From the NCBI GenBank assembly GCA_039714075.1, contig JBDLKA010000082.1, positions 1 through 16,701 on the forward strand: DNA of 16,701 bases, in the 5' to 3' direction. The position numbers and the translations under genes were made by a program. The notes under the pieces were generated by a model. It saw only the letters and a program-made list of their open reading frames with translations. It did not search any database and was not told the origin of the DNA. Shown in pieces: positions 15,528-16,701 of the stretch. Each line of letters begins with the position of its first letter. The first letter of the stretch is position 1. The DNA is from Candidatus Krumholzibacteriota bacterium (GTDB taxonomy: Bacteria; Krumholzibacteriota; Krumholzibacteriia; LZORAL124-64-63).

Positions 15528-15562
15528 AAACCACCTTCTTCACGTTATTCATTCTATTCAAA
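15528..15562 (-). promoter_or_regulatory. AT-rich spacer with a possible -10 element and the RBS of rplI
   Basis: Minus strand TTTGAA-TAGAAT (15556-15551)-GAATAACGTGAAGAAGGTGG before the ATG. No convincing -35. Confidence 0.35.
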
Positions 15563-15571
15563 GTCCCCGGG

Positions 15572-16576
15572 TTACCCGACGTTCCCGTCTTCATCGCCGG
15601 GCCCGGTTCCCGGGCGGCGCAGATCAAACCATTGATCCACCAACCCGAGCACCACCCCGCCGGCCATGATCAGGGGTGCGAAAAAGAACCCCATCACCAA
15701 CCAGTAGAGCAGCCTTCCCATTTTCGAGAGCATCCGGCTCGTCACATGAAACTGAACCGCGATACCCTGGACACTCAACACACAGGCCACGAACAAGGCC
15801 AGATTCAGCCCGGTGGTGGCCAGATAGGGCGCCCGGGTCAACATCAGGCCGACGCCGAGAACCAGCAGCCAGACCGTATAGAACGGCAGCTTCCAGCGGG
15901 AGAACCGCGGCAGGGACCAGCCCGGAAGAGCAAGCCCCAGTCGCCTGACCGTAAACAAAACCAGCGCGAGGATGATACCTCCCTGGCCCAGAAGTCCCAC
16001 CCCGATAAAAAAGGGATAGACCTTCTCCGCCAGGGCGGACATGCGGTCCAGGTTGCGCTTTTCCTCCGCCAGGGCCAGGACCCGCTGTTGTTCGCTGGCC
16101 CCCGGGGGGAGGTTTTCCTCCAAGACCTCGAGCATCTGCTCGCTGATCATTTGGAGCTGTTCGGAAACCGGCATCTGGACCACGGTCCAAATAATGACCG
16201 GCAGCAGGGCCGCAGCCACCACCGCCAGCGCCAGATCCAATCGCCAACCCCGGCCCAGGGCCAGACCGGCGGCCAGACCGGTGGCAACGTTGCCCGCCAT
16301 TTGCCAGACAATATCCCGCGGCAACAACAACCAGCTCAGAACCAGCCAAACCGCGGCTCCGACAAAGGCAGCCTGGAAAGGTCGGCTGGTCAGGACAACG
16401 CTTCCCCAGATCACCGCCACCGCCAACGGGAGCGGGATCAGCAGAAGCATGACCAATCCCATCAAGGGACCGGCCGATTCGGAACCGCCCGTGGCCGCGG
16501 CGAAAACCGCGGTCAGCATCAGGGTCACCGCTGCCGCCAGCAGGGGCGGCAGATATCCGGGCCACGATTTCGGCAT
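15572..16576 (-). CDS. DUF2232 (YybS-like) integral membrane protein
   Basis: 334 aa with multiple TM helices, FSRWKLP, VQGIAV and the terminal LGLVDQWFDLRR signature. It occupies the usual position between rpsR and rplI. Confidence 0.88.
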   Translation of the reverse strand: MPKSWPGYLPPLLAAAVTLMLTAVFAAATGGSESAGPLMGLVMLLLIPLPLAVAVIWGSVVLTSRPFQAAFVGAAVWLVLSWLLLPRDIVWQMAGNVATGLAAGLALGRGWRLDLALAVVAAALLPVIIWTVVQMPVSEQLQMISEQMLEVLEENLPPGASEQQRVLALAEEKRNLDRMSALAEKVYPFFIGVGLLGQGGIILALVLFTVRRLGLALPGWSLPRFSRWKLPFYTVWLLVLGVGLMLTRAPYLATTGLNLALFVACVLSVQGIAVQFHVTSRMLSKMGRLLYWLVMGFFFAPLIMAGGVVLGLVDQWFDLRRPGTGPGDEDGNVG

Positions 16577-16603
16577 TCCGGTTCCGCTCCACCGCAGCCG
16601 AGG

Positions 16604-16701
16604 CTACCGGTAGTATTCCTTCACGAAGGGCAACAGAGCCAGGTGCCGGGCCCGCTTGATGGCAATGGCCAACGGACGCTGGAACTTGGGGGTCGTCCCC
16701 G
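16604..16701 (-). CDS. rpsR: 30S ribosomal protein S18 (C-terminal part; the 5' end is outside the window)
   Basis: Hand translation gives [35 protein letters not shown] (TAG at 16606-16604). AIKRAR..ALLP is the S18 signature. Not in the ORF track. Confidence 0.95.
   Translation of the reverse strand, partial: GTTPKFQRPLAIAIKRARHLALLPFVKEYYR

Noticed and set aside
3199..16613. Numerous other overlapping ORFs of 60-380 aa in the track (e.g. 5670..6743, 10467..11606, 12885..14033, 14030..15082, 15624..16592)
   Set aside because: They are antisense or off-frame shadows of well-supported genes and show no family motifs.
1..16701. Mobile elements, defence systems, CRISPR arrays
   Set aside because: No transposase, integrase, nuclease or regularly spaced repeat was seen, and nearly all of the sequence is accounted for by housekeeping or envelope genes.

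Overview
GC-rich bacterial chromosomal core region from a diderm organism (TonB-family and LpoA-like genes). No mobile element, CRISPR array, rRNA or tRNA was seen. There are three apparent transcription units. (1) Minus strand, left: selA, then a membrane protein with a degenerate BY-kinase/ParA-like domain and a C-terminal SPOR domain, then smc. smc runs off the left edge and is absent from the ORF track. (2) Plus strand, divergent from selA: a lipoprotein N-acetylmuramoyl-L-alanine amidase with one intact and one apparently dead Amidase_3 domain, then a TonB-C-domain protein. (3) Minus strand, right: rpsR (partial), DUF2232/YybS, rplI, manC, a parvulin PPIase-TPR lipoprotein, DUF2914 and an LpoA-like lipoprotein, converging on unit 2. 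The most interesting items are the pseudo-BY-kinase-TM-SPOR protein upstream of smc and opposite an amidase (a possible link between septal peptidoglycan and chromosome segregation), the tandem active/inactive amidase, and a structured selA leader with a palindrome over its predicted promoter. All family calls come from reading motifs by eye; no searches were run.
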